DNA of 64,000 nucleotides. It comes from Synergistales bacterium (GTDB lineage: Bacteria; Synergistota; Synergistia; Synergistales; JAFGMB01). The notes beneath the pieces were generated by a model. That model was not told where the DNA came from and did no database searches. It saw only the letters and a list, made by a program, of their open reading frames with translations. A program made the translations under genes and the position numbers. The stretch covers positions 1,856,001 to 1,920,000 of the forward strand of contig OY762654.1 in assembly GCA_963666205.1 (NCBI GenBank). The letters run 5' to 3'. This document shows positions 19,108-28,696 of the stretch, one piece after another (positions within the stretch are counted from its first letter, which is position 1; each line of letters starts with the position of its first letter).

Positions 19108-19137
19108 ATTATATCCTGCTTACAGTGGACCTGTCAA
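19108..19137 (-). promoter_or_regulatory. trp promoter
   Basis: TTGACA-18-TATAAT on the minus strand. Confidence 0.85.
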
Positions 19138-19877
19138 ATCGAAGTCAATTTTCCAGGAGAATCGAGATTCAATCTGTAGATAATTAAATTAACGAAAAGA
19201 CAAGGAGTTCCCCTCGCCTTTGTTGTGTTTTTATGCACTCTGGTGTTAGAGAAAGTTGGGGAGAGTTCGATAGCCATTGCAAGAGGGGCAGGAAAAGGGT
19301 TGTACGCTCCCATTACTGCATATGTCCCGTAACATGAAATTGTAATCAAGGGTGTAACTGGATAGCAAATTCATGTCCGCGGTCGAAAGATCAGAAGGAA
19401 GTTCAGAAACCCCTCCTATAAATACGATCCATGATTGGTCAATGCAAGGGCCGCTGTCAGCTTGTAAGACCAGTCGAATCTCCGTAAGTGCCATTATCCA
19501 ACGAAAGAACCTGTGCAAAAGATGTTGCTGAGAGGGGGATATCAAAACTCCGCATAAGAGAAAAGGAATAAATACCGTAACGCATTCTTTATAGCCTACC
19601 TAAACGAAAAGAATTATCAGGTTAAAAAATAAAAAGACAGTTAATCATAATATAAGGTAACAAAACAGACAGGTGATAATCGTTATTCCAGTAATATACA
19701 AATGGAATCAGGTCCTGAAATGACATTTTTGCCCCCGGTTGCTTCCTGCAAGGGATTTAGATACTAAATAGCTTAAGGGAAGATCTTCCATATTTGGGGA
19801 AGTAATCATTAATTCACTTAGTCAGTGTGATAATATAAAGAAAATAAATCAATTATCTCAGTAGAGGAGTGGATCTC

Positions 19878-20930
19878 ATGAAATCTCCTTTTCCAAGAAT
19901 TATGGGTATAGGTACAGCTGTTCCCGAGAACAGGTTTGAACAGGATAGGGTAAAAGAATTGGCAGAGGATTTCTTTAACGGTCATCTTCCGAACCTGGCC
20001 AGGTTTCTGCCGGTCTTTGACAATACCCTTATCAGGACCAGGTATTTTGTTCGGGAAGTGGAATGGTATTTGAAATCCCATACCTTTGCCGAAAAAAATG
20101 ATGTTTTTCAGAAAACGGCCCTTGAACTGGCCGTGAAGGCTTCAAAGAAAGCTATCAGCCAGGCTGGGGTGGATCCAGCTGATATAGATGGAGTAGTTTT
20201 CGTTTCATCCACGGGGATCGCCACGCCTTCCATAGACTCATATCTTATGCAGGAACTTGATATTTCAAGGAACGCTGCCCGAATGCCCATCTGGGGGATC
20301 GGCTGTGCGGGCGGAGTATCGGGACTTGCCAGGGCAGCGGAGATGGTGCAGGCACGGAACAGTGTCGCAGTTCTCCTGGTTTCGGTTGAAGTGTGCAGTA
20401 TCAGTTTCCAGATAGAAGACAAAAGCCTCGCAAATCTTGTGGGAACAAGTCTTTTTGCAGATGGGGCAGCTGCAGTGGTGGTCGGACCGGCTAATAGGGG
20501 TATGGAAATAAAGGGATCTCATAGCCGTCTCTTCGACAATACCGATTACATGATGGGTTGGGAAATCCTTGACTCAGGGCTTAAAGTGATTTTTTCAAAG
20601 GAGATCCCCGGCTTTGTCCTTAACAGGGTAAGCGGAATAATGGACGAGTTCTGTTATTCCTTCGGGATCAGCCGCCATGATGTAAGAAACTTTGTAACTC
20701 ACCCTGGCGGCCCCAGAGTTCTCGAAGCCTACGAGAAGGGACTTGAAATAACCGAAGATAAACTCTCTTCCGCATATAAAGTTCTCGCAGATTACGGCAA
20801 CATGTCCAGTCCTTCTGTGCTCTTCGTGCTGGAAGATTTTCTTGAGAATAATGAAGCTAGTGGTGACTATGGAGCAATGATGGCCCTTGGTCCAGGTTTT
20901 TCTGCGGAAGAGCTGCTTTTTAAATGGTGA
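19878..20930 (+). CDS. Type III polyketide synthase (BpsA/SrsA-like)
   Basis: Cys-His-Asn triad in GIGCAGG, HPGG and YGNMSS; LFADGAAA; ALGPGF. Confidence 0.93.
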   Translation: MKSPFPRIMGIGTAVPENRFEQDRVKELAEDFFNGHLPNLARFLPVFDNTLIRTRYFVREVEWYLKSHTFAEKNDVFQKTALELAVKASKKAISQAGVDPADIDGVVFVSSTGIATPSIDSYLMQELDISRNAARMPIWGIGCAGGVSGLARAAEMVQARNSVAVLLVSVEVCSISFQIEDKSLANLVGTSLFADGAAAVVVGPANRGMEIKGSHSRLFDNTDYMMGWEILDSGLKVIFSKEIPGFVLNRVSGIMDEFCYSFGISRHDVRNFVTHPGGPRVLEAYEKGLEITEDKLSSAYKVLADYGNMSSPSVLFVLEDFLENNEASGDYGAMMALGPGFSAEELLFKW

Positions 20931-21439
20931 AGTTATTTTTAGCAGGATTACTTGTTTTCCTGCTCATTGAAAGGCTATTAGAACTGAAAAGAGCCGAAAG
21001 AAACAGAAAAAAGATCATTGAAAAGGGTGGTAGTGAGTGGGGAGCATCTCATTATCCTCTTTTCTTTATTCTTCATGGAGCATGGTTTTTTTGCTGGCCC
21101 CTCGAGGCAATCTCGAGAGGGTTCAAACTTAACCCATGGTGGTTCTTCTGGCTGAGTATTTTTATTTGTGCTGATGCTCTGAGATATTGGTGTATGTACC
21201 TGCTGGGTTCACTGTGGAATACAAGAATAATGATCTTACCCGGGGCCAGACGGGTAAGAAAAGGTCCCTATAAGTGGTTCTCCCATCCCATATATTTCGC
21301 AGTTTCTTTAATTCTCCTTACGGTGCCTCTCATTTTTAAGGCTGTGATTACAGCTGCAGTCATTTCAATTGCAAACATCCTGTTGCTTGTTTTTGTCCGC
21401 ATTCCCCAGGAAAAAGCTGCCCTGAAAACCCTCAGATAA
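20924..21439 (+). CDS. Isoprenylcysteine carboxyl methyltransferase-family protein (BpsB/SrsB-like)
   Basis: RLLELKRAERN, LGSLWNTRI and GPYKWFSHP.Y motifs; overlaps PKS stop. Confidence 0.9.
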   Translation: MVKLFLAGLLVFLLIERLLELKRAERNRKKIIEKGGSEWGASHYPLFFILHGAWFFCWPLEAISRGFKLNPWWFFWLSIFICADALRYWCMYLLGSLWNTRIMILPGARRVRKGPYKWFSHPIYFAVSLILLTVPLIFKAVITAAVISIANILLLVFVRIPQEKAALKTLR

Positions 21440-21569
21440 AAACATTTGATCCGAGTGGGAACAGGTTTTGAAAAATAATCTTGTAGTCTCAGATCAGTAA
21501 AATGGTTTTCAGGCGAGGAAATGCCTTCCCTGCATAAGTGTATTTATTTCAGCGATGAGTAGTCCATCT

Positions 21570-22355
21570 CTAGATCCTGACATTTCTGAAGCCCAGGCCT
21601 GCCGATATCTCGGCGGCACCTCTTTTGATCGCAGTGATCATTTCGTCCAGAAGGAGATCTGTTACCCGGATAGAAGGAGCGACAAGGGTCAGACTGGCTG
21701 CCAGGTTGCCATAGGCATTGAAGATCGGTGCTGCCACGGAGTAAAATCCCTCTTTTCTTTCAGATTGACTCAGGGCACAACCCCATTGCCGTACCTTGTC
21801 TATTTCTTTGATCATCTGTTCCCTGTCCGTTATGGTGTGGGGAGTGATCGGTTTTACCTCTTCCAGTATCCGATCCCTTTCTTTTTCTGCCATATATGCA
21901 AGAAAGATCTTACTTGAAGCACCTGCCCAGATTATGGTTTTTGTACCTTTTTTTACGGATATCTTCAGGGGAAGGTGACTTTCCAGGGTTTCGTAACATA
22001 TCCTGTAATTACCATCACGGATCATTAAAATAACCGTTTCATTGAACAGTTCCCTTATACCTTCCATAACAGGCAGGGATATCTGTTTCAGCGGAGCTGT
22101 TTCCTGAGAGATAACACCCAGAGTAGAGATCAGATGTCCCAGCCGGAATCTTTTTGTCTCGGGATCCCGGTCAATGATCCCCTCTTCATGGAGAACCTTG
22201 AGGATCCTCGATGTGGTTGGCACAGGAAGATCCAGTTTCCTTGCTATCTCCGCCTGGCTAAGGGTGGGTGCTGTTATTGAAAAGCATTTGAGAACCGCTA
22301 TGGCTTTTGAGATGGTTCTGGTCCCTTCTATATTCCGGATGATCTTTTCCTCCAA
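21570..22355 (-). CDS. IclR-family transcriptional regulator
   Basis: HTH in SQAEIARKLDLPVPTTSRIL; GASSKIFLA and SVAAPIFN; TTG start 22355 after AGGAGG. Confidence 0.92.
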   Translation of the reverse strand: MEEKIIRNIEGTRTISKAIAVLKCFSITAPTLSQAEIARKLDLPVPTTSRILKVLHEEGIIDRDPETKRFRLGHLISTLGVISQETAPLKQISLPVMEGIRELFNETVILMIRDGNYRICYETLESHLPLKISVKKGTKTIIWAGASSKIFLAYMAEKERDRILEEVKPITPHTITDREQMIKEIDKVRQWGCALSQSERKEGFYSVAAPIFNAYGNLAASLTLVAPSIRVTDLLLDEMITAIKRGAAEISAGLGFRNVRI

Positions 22356-22468
22356 GGATCCTTCCTCCTGGCATAAATTCTCAATGATCAGTGAAAACAA
22401 GTTATCTGAAAATACTTGACATAAAACAACCATGGTTTATATTGAAAATATATTCCACATAATAATAT

Positions 22469-22491
22469 ATTATTCCATATGTTGGAATAAT
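22469..22491. promoter_or_regulatory. Putative IclR operator
   Basis: ATTATTCCA-N5-TGGAATAAT palindrome downstream of TTGACA (22416). Confidence 0.7.
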
Positions 22492-22536
22492 TCAAGTCTG
22501 ATATTTCAAGAAATGTAAAAAGGGGGCCAGGTTCTA

Positions 22537-23397
22537 TTGAAAAAAACGACCTTATTCAGAAAACTCATCAACGATCCTGAAATACTTGTTTTACCAGGTG
22601 CACATGATGCTTTAACGGCAAGGGTTATCGAGAAAACAGGTTTCAAGGCAGTTACATGCGGCGGATACAGTCTGGCTGCGAGTCTTCTGGGAAAACCCGA
22701 CATAGGACTCCTTGGTATGAAGGAAATGGCAGATCAGTATCGAAATATGGTAGAGGCAGTCGACATCCCTGTTTTTGCTGACGGAGATACGGGTTATGGA
22801 GATGTCAATAACGTTATGCGCACGGTCAGGGAATATGAAAAAGCGGGTGTGGCCGGTCTGTTCATAGAGGATCAGGTTTTCCCAAAACGCTGCGGGCATA
22901 TGGAAGGCAAGAATGTGATACCGGCTGAAGAGATGGTGGCCAAGATCAGGGCTGCAGTATATGCAAGGGAAGACGAGGATCTCGTTCTTATGGCCAGGAC
23001 GGATGCCCTGGCGGTCCACGGTATAGATGAGGCTATCAGGAGAGGAAACCTGTATGCAGAAGCAGGGGCGGATCTTATCTTCATTGAAGCTGTATGTACC
23101 GTGGAAGACATGAAAAGGGTTAACGCCGAGATCTCTAAGCCGACCCTTGCCAACATGATAGAAGGAGGTAAAAGCCCCCTTCTTACCAACAGGGAGCTTG
23201 AAGATATAGGTTATAACGCCGTGGTATATCCATGTACCCTTACCTATGCTGTAACAAAGGCTTCCCTCGAGTGCATGGAAGTTCTTAAAAATACCGGCAC
23301 CACTGCAGGTTTCATGTCGAATCTGGTTCCCTTTGAAGAGTTCTTCAGATTCATCGGCGCCGAGGAGATACGCAGGAAGGAAAAGAATTTTTATTAA
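22537..23397 (+). CDS. Isocitrate lyase/PEP mutase superfamily lyase (PrpB/dimethylmalate lyase-like)
   Basis: DGDTGYG, IEDQVFPKRCGH, ARTDA and ANMIEGGKSP motifs. Confidence 0.92.
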   Translation: MKKTTLFRKLINDPEILVLPGAHDALTARVIEKTGFKAVTCGGYSLAASLLGKPDIGLLGMKEMADQYRNMVEAVDIPVFADGDTGYGDVNNVMRTVREYEKAGVAGLFIEDQVFPKRCGHMEGKNVIPAEEMVAKIRAAVYAREDEDLVLMARTDALAVHGIDEAIRRGNLYAEAGADLIFIEAVCTVEDMKRVNAEISKPTLANMIEGGKSPLLTNRELEDIGYNAVVYPCTLTYAVTKASLECMEVLKNTGTTAGFMSNLVPFEEFFRFIGAEEIRRKEKNFY

Positions 23398-23423
23398 AGA
23401 AAAATATAAATTAACGAGGAGGT

Positions 23424-24416
23424 ATGGTTGCTATGAAGAGAGCAATAGTTATTTTAACGGTTTTAGCGTTCTGCCTGGTATCCGCAGGTGCTGCCATCGC
23501 TGTTGACAAGGTCTCCCTCAATCTTGGGCATACCGGTTCGACCAGTCATCATTATCACACCGCAAGTGAGAAGTTTGTCCAGCTTGTAAAGGAAAGGACC
23601 AATGGCGAGGTTGAGATCAATATCTTCCCTGCAAGCCAGCTTGGTTCCATTGCTGACATGACTGAATCGGTTCTTCTCGGTACCCAGGATATAGTCCTTA
23701 CAGCCGGACCTATCCTCGGGAATATGATCCCAGAGTTCCAGGCCCTGTATATGCCCTATATTTTCAGGGATTACGATCATATCGCCAGGTTTGAAAAGAG
23801 CGAAGCAGCAACTATTCTTGGAGACAAACTCAGGGATAATGGCGGAGTGATGCTTGGCTGGTGGGAAAATGGTTTCAGAGTTCTCACAAACAATAAAAAA
23901 CCCATTGTAAAACCTGAAGATATGGCTGGAATGAAAATAAGGGTCGGTAAAGCCCAGATCGCAGTAGATACATTCAAGGTTCTGAAGGTTAATCCCACTC
24001 CCATCGCCATAAGTGAACTTTATACTGCCCTTCAGCTTGGTACGGTGGATGGACAGGAAAATCCAACGGGGAGGATCCTGAGCGCCAAGTACTATGAAGT
24101 TCAGAAGTACCTTTCTATATCTCACCATCAGCATGCTTTTGAGACCCTTGTCATGAACAGGGATAAATTCGATTCCCTGTCAGCAGAGAATCAGAAAATA
24201 CTCCTTGAAACTGCAGCAGAGGTCGCCCTTTCTGACAGACAGGCTGTTGCGGATGAGGAAGAATCACAGATCAATGCTCTCAGGGAAAAGGGTATGTCCG
24301 TTAATGAAGTGGATATGGCCGCCTTCCAGGAAGCCATGTCTTCCCTTTACGATAAATATAATTCGGAACGCGGGGAAGAGTGGAAAAAACTGGTTGAACT
24401 GATACAGTCCCTTTAA
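23424..24416 (+). CDS. dctP: TRAP transporter substrate-binding protein
   Basis: ERTNGEVEINIFPASQLG, ENGFR and ELYTALQLGTVDGQENP motifs; start may be 23433. Confidence 0.95.
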   Translation: MVAMKRAIVILTVLAFCLVSAGAAIAVDKVSLNLGHTGSTSHHYHTASEKFVQLVKERTNGEVEINIFPASQLGSIADMTESVLLGTQDIVLTAGPILGNMIPEFQALYMPYIFRDYDHIARFEKSEAATILGDKLRDNGGVMLGWWENGFRVLTNNKKPIVKPEDMAGMKIRVGKAQIAVDTFKVLKVNPTPIAISELYTALQLGTVDGQENPTGRILSAKYYEVQKYLSISHHQHAFETLVMNRDKFDSLSAENQKILLETAAEVALSDRQAVADEEESQINALREKGMSVNEVDMAAFQEAMSSLYDKYNSERGEEWKKLVELIQSL

Positions 24417-24487
24417 CCTGTCCAGAACTCATCGCGAGGGTGCAGCCTGAAAAACAGGCTGCACCTTACTCATACGGAGGTTATGTA

Positions 24488-24982
24488 ATGTTGTTTCAGA
24501 TGGTTCTTGATCTGCTTAACAGGATAACCCGTATTTTCATGATAGGTATTATCCTGTCCATGTCCCTTATCCTGCTGTTACAGATAGTTTCCAGGTTCCT
24601 GGTTTTCATGCCCCTTTCCTGGTCCCAGGAACTTCTTCAGTATCTGAATATCTGGCTTGTTTTTCTGGGAGCTGCTGTTGCCGTCAAGGAACAGGCTCAC
24701 ATCAAAGTTGATTTTGTAGTGGAACATTTTTCTGTTTCCGCAAGGAAATTCTTCAGGATCTTTTCCTATCTTGCAAGCGGTCTCCTTGTATCACTGGTGG
24801 CAACCCAGGCCTATGAACTCATGGGAAAAACAATGAATAAAACCACGGGATCCTTTCCTGTGCCGGTGGGATATTTTTATTTAAGCCTTCTTGTGGGGTG
24901 TTCTCTCATGACGCTGAACTACATTTTTCTGATCTATGCCGAACTCACCCCCTCCGTAGAAGGGGGGAGTCTTGGATCATGA
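24488..24982 (+). CDS. dctQ: TRAP transporter small permease
   Basis: QIVSRF..WSQEL...HIKVD motif; GGAGG RBS. Confidence 0.92.
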   Translation: MLFQMVLDLLNRITRIFMIGIILSMSLILLLQIVSRFLVFMPLSWSQELLQYLNIWLVFLGAAVAVKEQAHIKVDFVVEHFSVSARKFFRIFSYLASGLLVSLVATQAYELMGKTMNKTTGSFPVPVGYFYLSLLVGCSLMTLNYIFLIYAELTPSVEGGSLGS

Positions 24983-26259
24983 CAGCCTTTCTTTTCATAA
25001 TCTTTGTAGTCCTCCTCCTTTTTTCCGTCCCCATCGCTGTATCCCTTGGAGGAGCATCTTTACTGGGTATAGCCTTTAAGACGAGCATTCCCACCTTTAT
25101 CGTAGCCCAGAGAATGGTGGGGGGGATCAACAAGTTCCCCATCCTTGCCCTGGTTTTCTTCATCCTGGCTGGAAATGTTATGACAGAAGGCGGAGTTTCA
25201 AGAAAGCTTGTTCAATTTGCAAACGCCTTTGTGGGTAAAATTTCCGGAGGACTGGCTATCGTATCTACCCTTGCTGCCATGTTCTTCGGTGCCATATCAG
25301 GTTCTTCCGCAGCAACAACTGCAGCCATAGGCTCCATAATGATTCCTTATATGAAAGAAGCAGGGTACAAGGAAGATTTTTCTGCGGCGGTAATTGCCTG
25401 TTCAGGTCTGTTAGGACTACTGATACCTCCAAGCGGGACCATGATCCTTTATGCCCTGATAGCAGATGTTTCCATATTACGGCTCTTTATTGCCGGAATA
25501 GTGCCAGGAGTGCTTATAGGGTTGAGCCTGATGTGCGTGGAGTACTTTATTTCAAAGAAGAGGGGCTATAAAGCCCTTGATCTGGAAAAGGAACATGTAT
25601 CAAAAGGAAGAATATTCAGGGACAGTATATTTGCCCTCCTCTCACCCTTCATAATTTTGGGAGGGATCTATTCCGGGATCTTTACTCCAACTGAAGCAGC
25701 AGGAGTGGCAGTATTCTACGGGCTCTTTGTGGGTGTCTTCATATACAGGGATATGTCTCTGAAAAAACTTTTCAAAGCCTGTTACGGTTCGGCTCTCAGT
25801 GCTGCGGTCATAATGTTCCTGATATCGACGGCTTCCATTTTTGCCTGGCTCCTTGCGACACAGCAGATCCCTCAGCACCTGATCAGGATGGTTACATCAG
25901 TTTCTACGGATCCGAAGGTGATACTCCTCCTCATAAACATCGGACTCCTTGTTGCAGGAACATTCCTTGACAATGTGGCAGCCATAACCCTGCTTACACC
26001 AATCCTGCATCCCCTGGTGGTATCTCTTGGTATTGATCCGGTTTTCTTCGGTGTTGTAATGATAACCAACCTTGCCATAGGTCAGGTTACTCCTCCTGTG
26101 GGAATGAACCTGTTTGTGGTGTCCAACATCTCGAAGATACCCATTGAAAGGATAGCGAAGGAGGCCCTGCCATTTCTGGCGGTGCTTATATTCGACCTTT
26201 TCCTCATTACCTATATCCCCGGTCTGATAACCTTCCTGCCCGATCTGATACTTCATTGA
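24979..26259 (+). CDS. dctM: TRAP transporter large permease
   Basis: VPIAVSLG, IPPS, FTPTEAA and TPPVG motifs; ATGA overlap with dctQ. Confidence 0.95.
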   Translation: MTAFLFIIFVVLLLFSVPIAVSLGGASLLGIAFKTSIPTFIVAQRMVGGINKFPILALVFFILAGNVMTEGGVSRKLVQFANAFVGKISGGLAIVSTLAAMFFGAISGSSAATTAAIGSIMIPYMKEAGYKEDFSAAVIACSGLLGLLIPPSGTMILYALIADVSILRLFIAGIVPGVLIGLSLMCVEYFISKKRGYKALDLEKEHVSKGRIFRDSIFALLSPFIILGGIYSGIFTPTEAAGVAVFYGLFVGVFIYRDMSLKKLFKACYGSALSAAVIMFLISTASIFAWLLATQQIPQHLIRMVTSVSTDPKVILLLINIGLLVAGTFLDNVAAITLLTPILHPLVVSLGIDPVFFGVVMITNLAIGQVTPPVGMNLFVVSNISKIPIERIAKEALPFLAVLIFDLFLITYIPGLITFLPDLILH

Positions 26260-26380
26260 TTAGGAAGAAGTATAGGGGGGCTACCCTTAGGGAGAAAAGG
26301 GAAATAAAAAGATAGACTTTTGAAAAATCGCTACAACGTTTTAATTACCATTCCTTTGTGTTCTTAGTGGCAACATATTA

Positions 26381-26421
26381 TTTACGATCAAGGGAGGCGA
26401 TAACCCTCCCTTGATCGTAAA
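26381..26421. terminator. 17-bp perfect inverted repeat between convergent operons
   Basis: tttacgatcaagggagg / cctcccttgatcgtaaa. Confidence 0.75.
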
Positions 26422-26481
26422 CTACATTATTAATTTTTTAACCAAAGAATTTTCAAGAGAAAGATTGCCAGAAAGATCCCG

Positions 26482-27273
26482 CTAATCTAATTTCATCCCT
26501 ATTTTCAACCCCAGTTTTTTATAATGAGGTTCCAGAGGGTATTCTTCTTTAAGAGTGAATTTTACAGGAAGACCACCGTCTGTTTCTTCTATAGTTTCAA
26601 GTGCTTCGATAAGTTTTTTGAGTTTTGCTATGGGCAAACTAAAAATTATCTCATTATCCTGAGCTGCAGCTCGTTTCCTGTCTCCGGCACAGGGAACAAC
26701 GACCTGGAAATTGTTATCCTGGATGGCAGGGACAACAGCATAGACACATGCAGCATGTCCGGAAATTCTTGAATATACATCACGACCATCGATCCAGTTA
26801 ACAGCTATCATTATCTGAGTCAATTGAGCAGGGTCGCAGTAAATAATTACGGCATCCGGGGAGGGGTTTTCTCCAAAGGAGGATAGCGGCGCAGAGAGAA
26901 CACCCTGGTATTTCCCAACTGGGAAACAGGGCATATTGGATGCCCACTGTTTTCCTGCTTCAATTGAACTTGCTGTGCCAGGATACCTGTTGTGACCTTC
27001 CAGAAAATCTTCTGGTGGAGTAGTAAGCCCGAATCCAACGACTGGTTCGAAGCACCACATATCGTCCAGGGTCATAAGAAATGACATTTTACTTCTTCTG
27101 GACAATGCAAAACCTTGACAAGTTGACAAATGATAACCCAGATCTTTATAAGGCTGAAGAAATCCTTCTGGTATTTCTTCTCCGATCTTTAATAACCCAA
27201 TACCTAATGGTTCTGTTTTCAAAAAAAGATGTTTCTTGAGTTTTGCAGAATATTCCTCAAGATTCACTTCCAT
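26482..27273 (-). CDS. DUF169 family protein
   Basis: LKTEPLGI, CQGFALSRR and PCAGDR...DNEIIF motifs. Confidence 0.82.
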   Translation of the reverse strand: MEVNLEEYSAKLKKHLFLKTEPLGIGLLKIGEEIPEGFLQPYKDLGYHLSTCQGFALSRRSKMSFLMTLDDMWCFEPVVGFGLTTPPEDFLEGHNRYPGTASSIEAGKQWASNMPCFPVGKYQGVLSAPLSSFGENPSPDAVIIYCDPAQLTQIMIAVNWIDGRDVYSRISGHAACVYAVVPAIQDNNFQVVVPCAGDRKRAAAQDNEIIFSLPIAKLKKLIEALETIEETDGGLPVKFTLKEEYPLEPHYKKLGLKIGMKLD

Positions 27274-27355
27274 TTTAGATATCCTCCTTCAGCATGAATA
27301 GAAAAGATTGTTGTCTAAACACACAAAATCTATCGAAAAGAAATCATCCCTTGAA

Positions 27356-28564
27356 CTAGTTTTTAGAAAATCTAGCTAAAAATCTCTCAAGCCTATCCAT
27401 CCCTTCTTTAATTTCTTCAAGAGTTGAGACAGCAAAGGTTAACCTGATATGGTTTTCAATACCAAAGGCAGGACCGAAGAGAAGAGCTACTTTTTCTTCT
27501 TCAAGTAATAGATTTGCAAAGTCTTGAGAAGTATTCACTTTTTGATCTTTATAATTGTGGTTTAAATAATTCAAAATATTTGGAAAAACGTAGAAAGCTC
27601 CCTCTGGTTTAGGGAAATTAAGGTCCATTTGATTAAGTCGTTTACACATATAGTCTTTTCTGCGGGTGTATTCTTTAACCATCTCGTTAACACATTCCTG
27701 GTCGTTTTCTAATGCACTGACACATGCAAGTTGAGAAAAGGGGGATAAACAGGAGAGGCTCTGGCTTTGGAGTCTCGCTACCGTAGAGATTACTGCAGAC
27801 GGTCCAGCAACATAACCTATTCTCCAACCTGTCATTGCATATGTTTTTGAAAAACCATTTACAGTGAAGGTGAAATCTTTTACTTTTTTGCCAAGAGAAG
27901 CAAAAGAATAATGTACGCAATCTCCATATAGGAGTTTTTCATAAATCTCATCTGAAATAACAGAAATATTTTTGCAAGCTAGATAGTCAGCAATCTTTTC
28001 AAGTTCCTGTTTAGTGTATACTGTCCCTACGGGATTTGAAGGTGTATTTATTATCACTACTTTCGTCTTATCCGTGATCATTTGATCGAGTGCGGGAACA
28101 GTTAATTTAAAATTGTCTTTTTCTGAGGTTACAAGTATCCGGGGTATGGCTCCTGCTAATCTTATCATTCCAATATAACCGGGATAATAGGGTGCTGGAA
28201 TAATAACTTCATCGCTTGGGTCGCAAAGTACTCTTAAAACATTGTAGATGGCTCCTTTAGCTCCGTGAGTTATAACGATTTCATCTGAAGCATATTCTAT
28301 ACCGTTATCTGTAACAAGTTTGTCCCGGACAGAATCTTTCAGTTTTTTAAGGCCTGCAGAAGGAGAGTAATGAGTAAAACCATTTTTCATTTTCATGTAT
28401 GCACATTCAATTATTTGGTCTGGGGTTGTAAATCCAGGATCGCCAGTACCAAAATCAATAACCTTCACCCCGTTTTGTCGCATTAGATTGACTTTCTGAC
28501 TAAGAGGCAATGTAGGGGCAGGCAAAATATCAGAAAATTTTTCTTGATTAAATCTAATTTCCAT
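27356..28564 (-). CDS. PLP-dependent aminotransferase class I/II (AspC-like)
   Basis: NTPSNPVG, SDEIY and GFSKTYAMTGWRIG motifs. Confidence 0.93.
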   Translation of the reverse strand: MEIRFNQEKFSDILPAPTLPLSQKVNLMRQNGVKVIDFGTGDPGFTTPDQIIECAYMKMKNGFTHYSPSAGLKKLKDSVRDKLVTDNGIEYASDEIVITHGAKGAIYNVLRVLCDPSDEVIIPAPYYPGYIGMIRLAGAIPRILVTSEKDNFKLTVPALDQMITDKTKVVIINTPSNPVGTVYTKQELEKIADYLACKNISVISDEIYEKLLYGDCVHYSFASLGKKVKDFTFTVNGFSKTYAMTGWRIGYVAGPSAVISTVARLQSQSLSCLSPFSQLACVSALENDQECVNEMVKEYTRRKDYMCKRLNQMDLNFPKPEGAFYVFPNILNYLNHNYKDQKVNTSQDFANLLLEEEKVALLFGPAFGIENHIRLTFAVSTLEEIKEGMDRLERFLARFSKN

Positions 28565-28696
28565 AAAATTCACTTCCTTCCATAACAATGGAGGAAAAGA
28601 GAATCGCTTAGAAAAACTTTTCCTCCATGTAAACTGCTTCTGGTGTAGTAATATAGTACAGGGGTTAAAGGTTCCTCTATGAGTCAGTATTTTATA

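Noticed and set aside
23463-24134. 223-aa minus-strand ORF
   Set aside because: Antisense shadow of the second dctP
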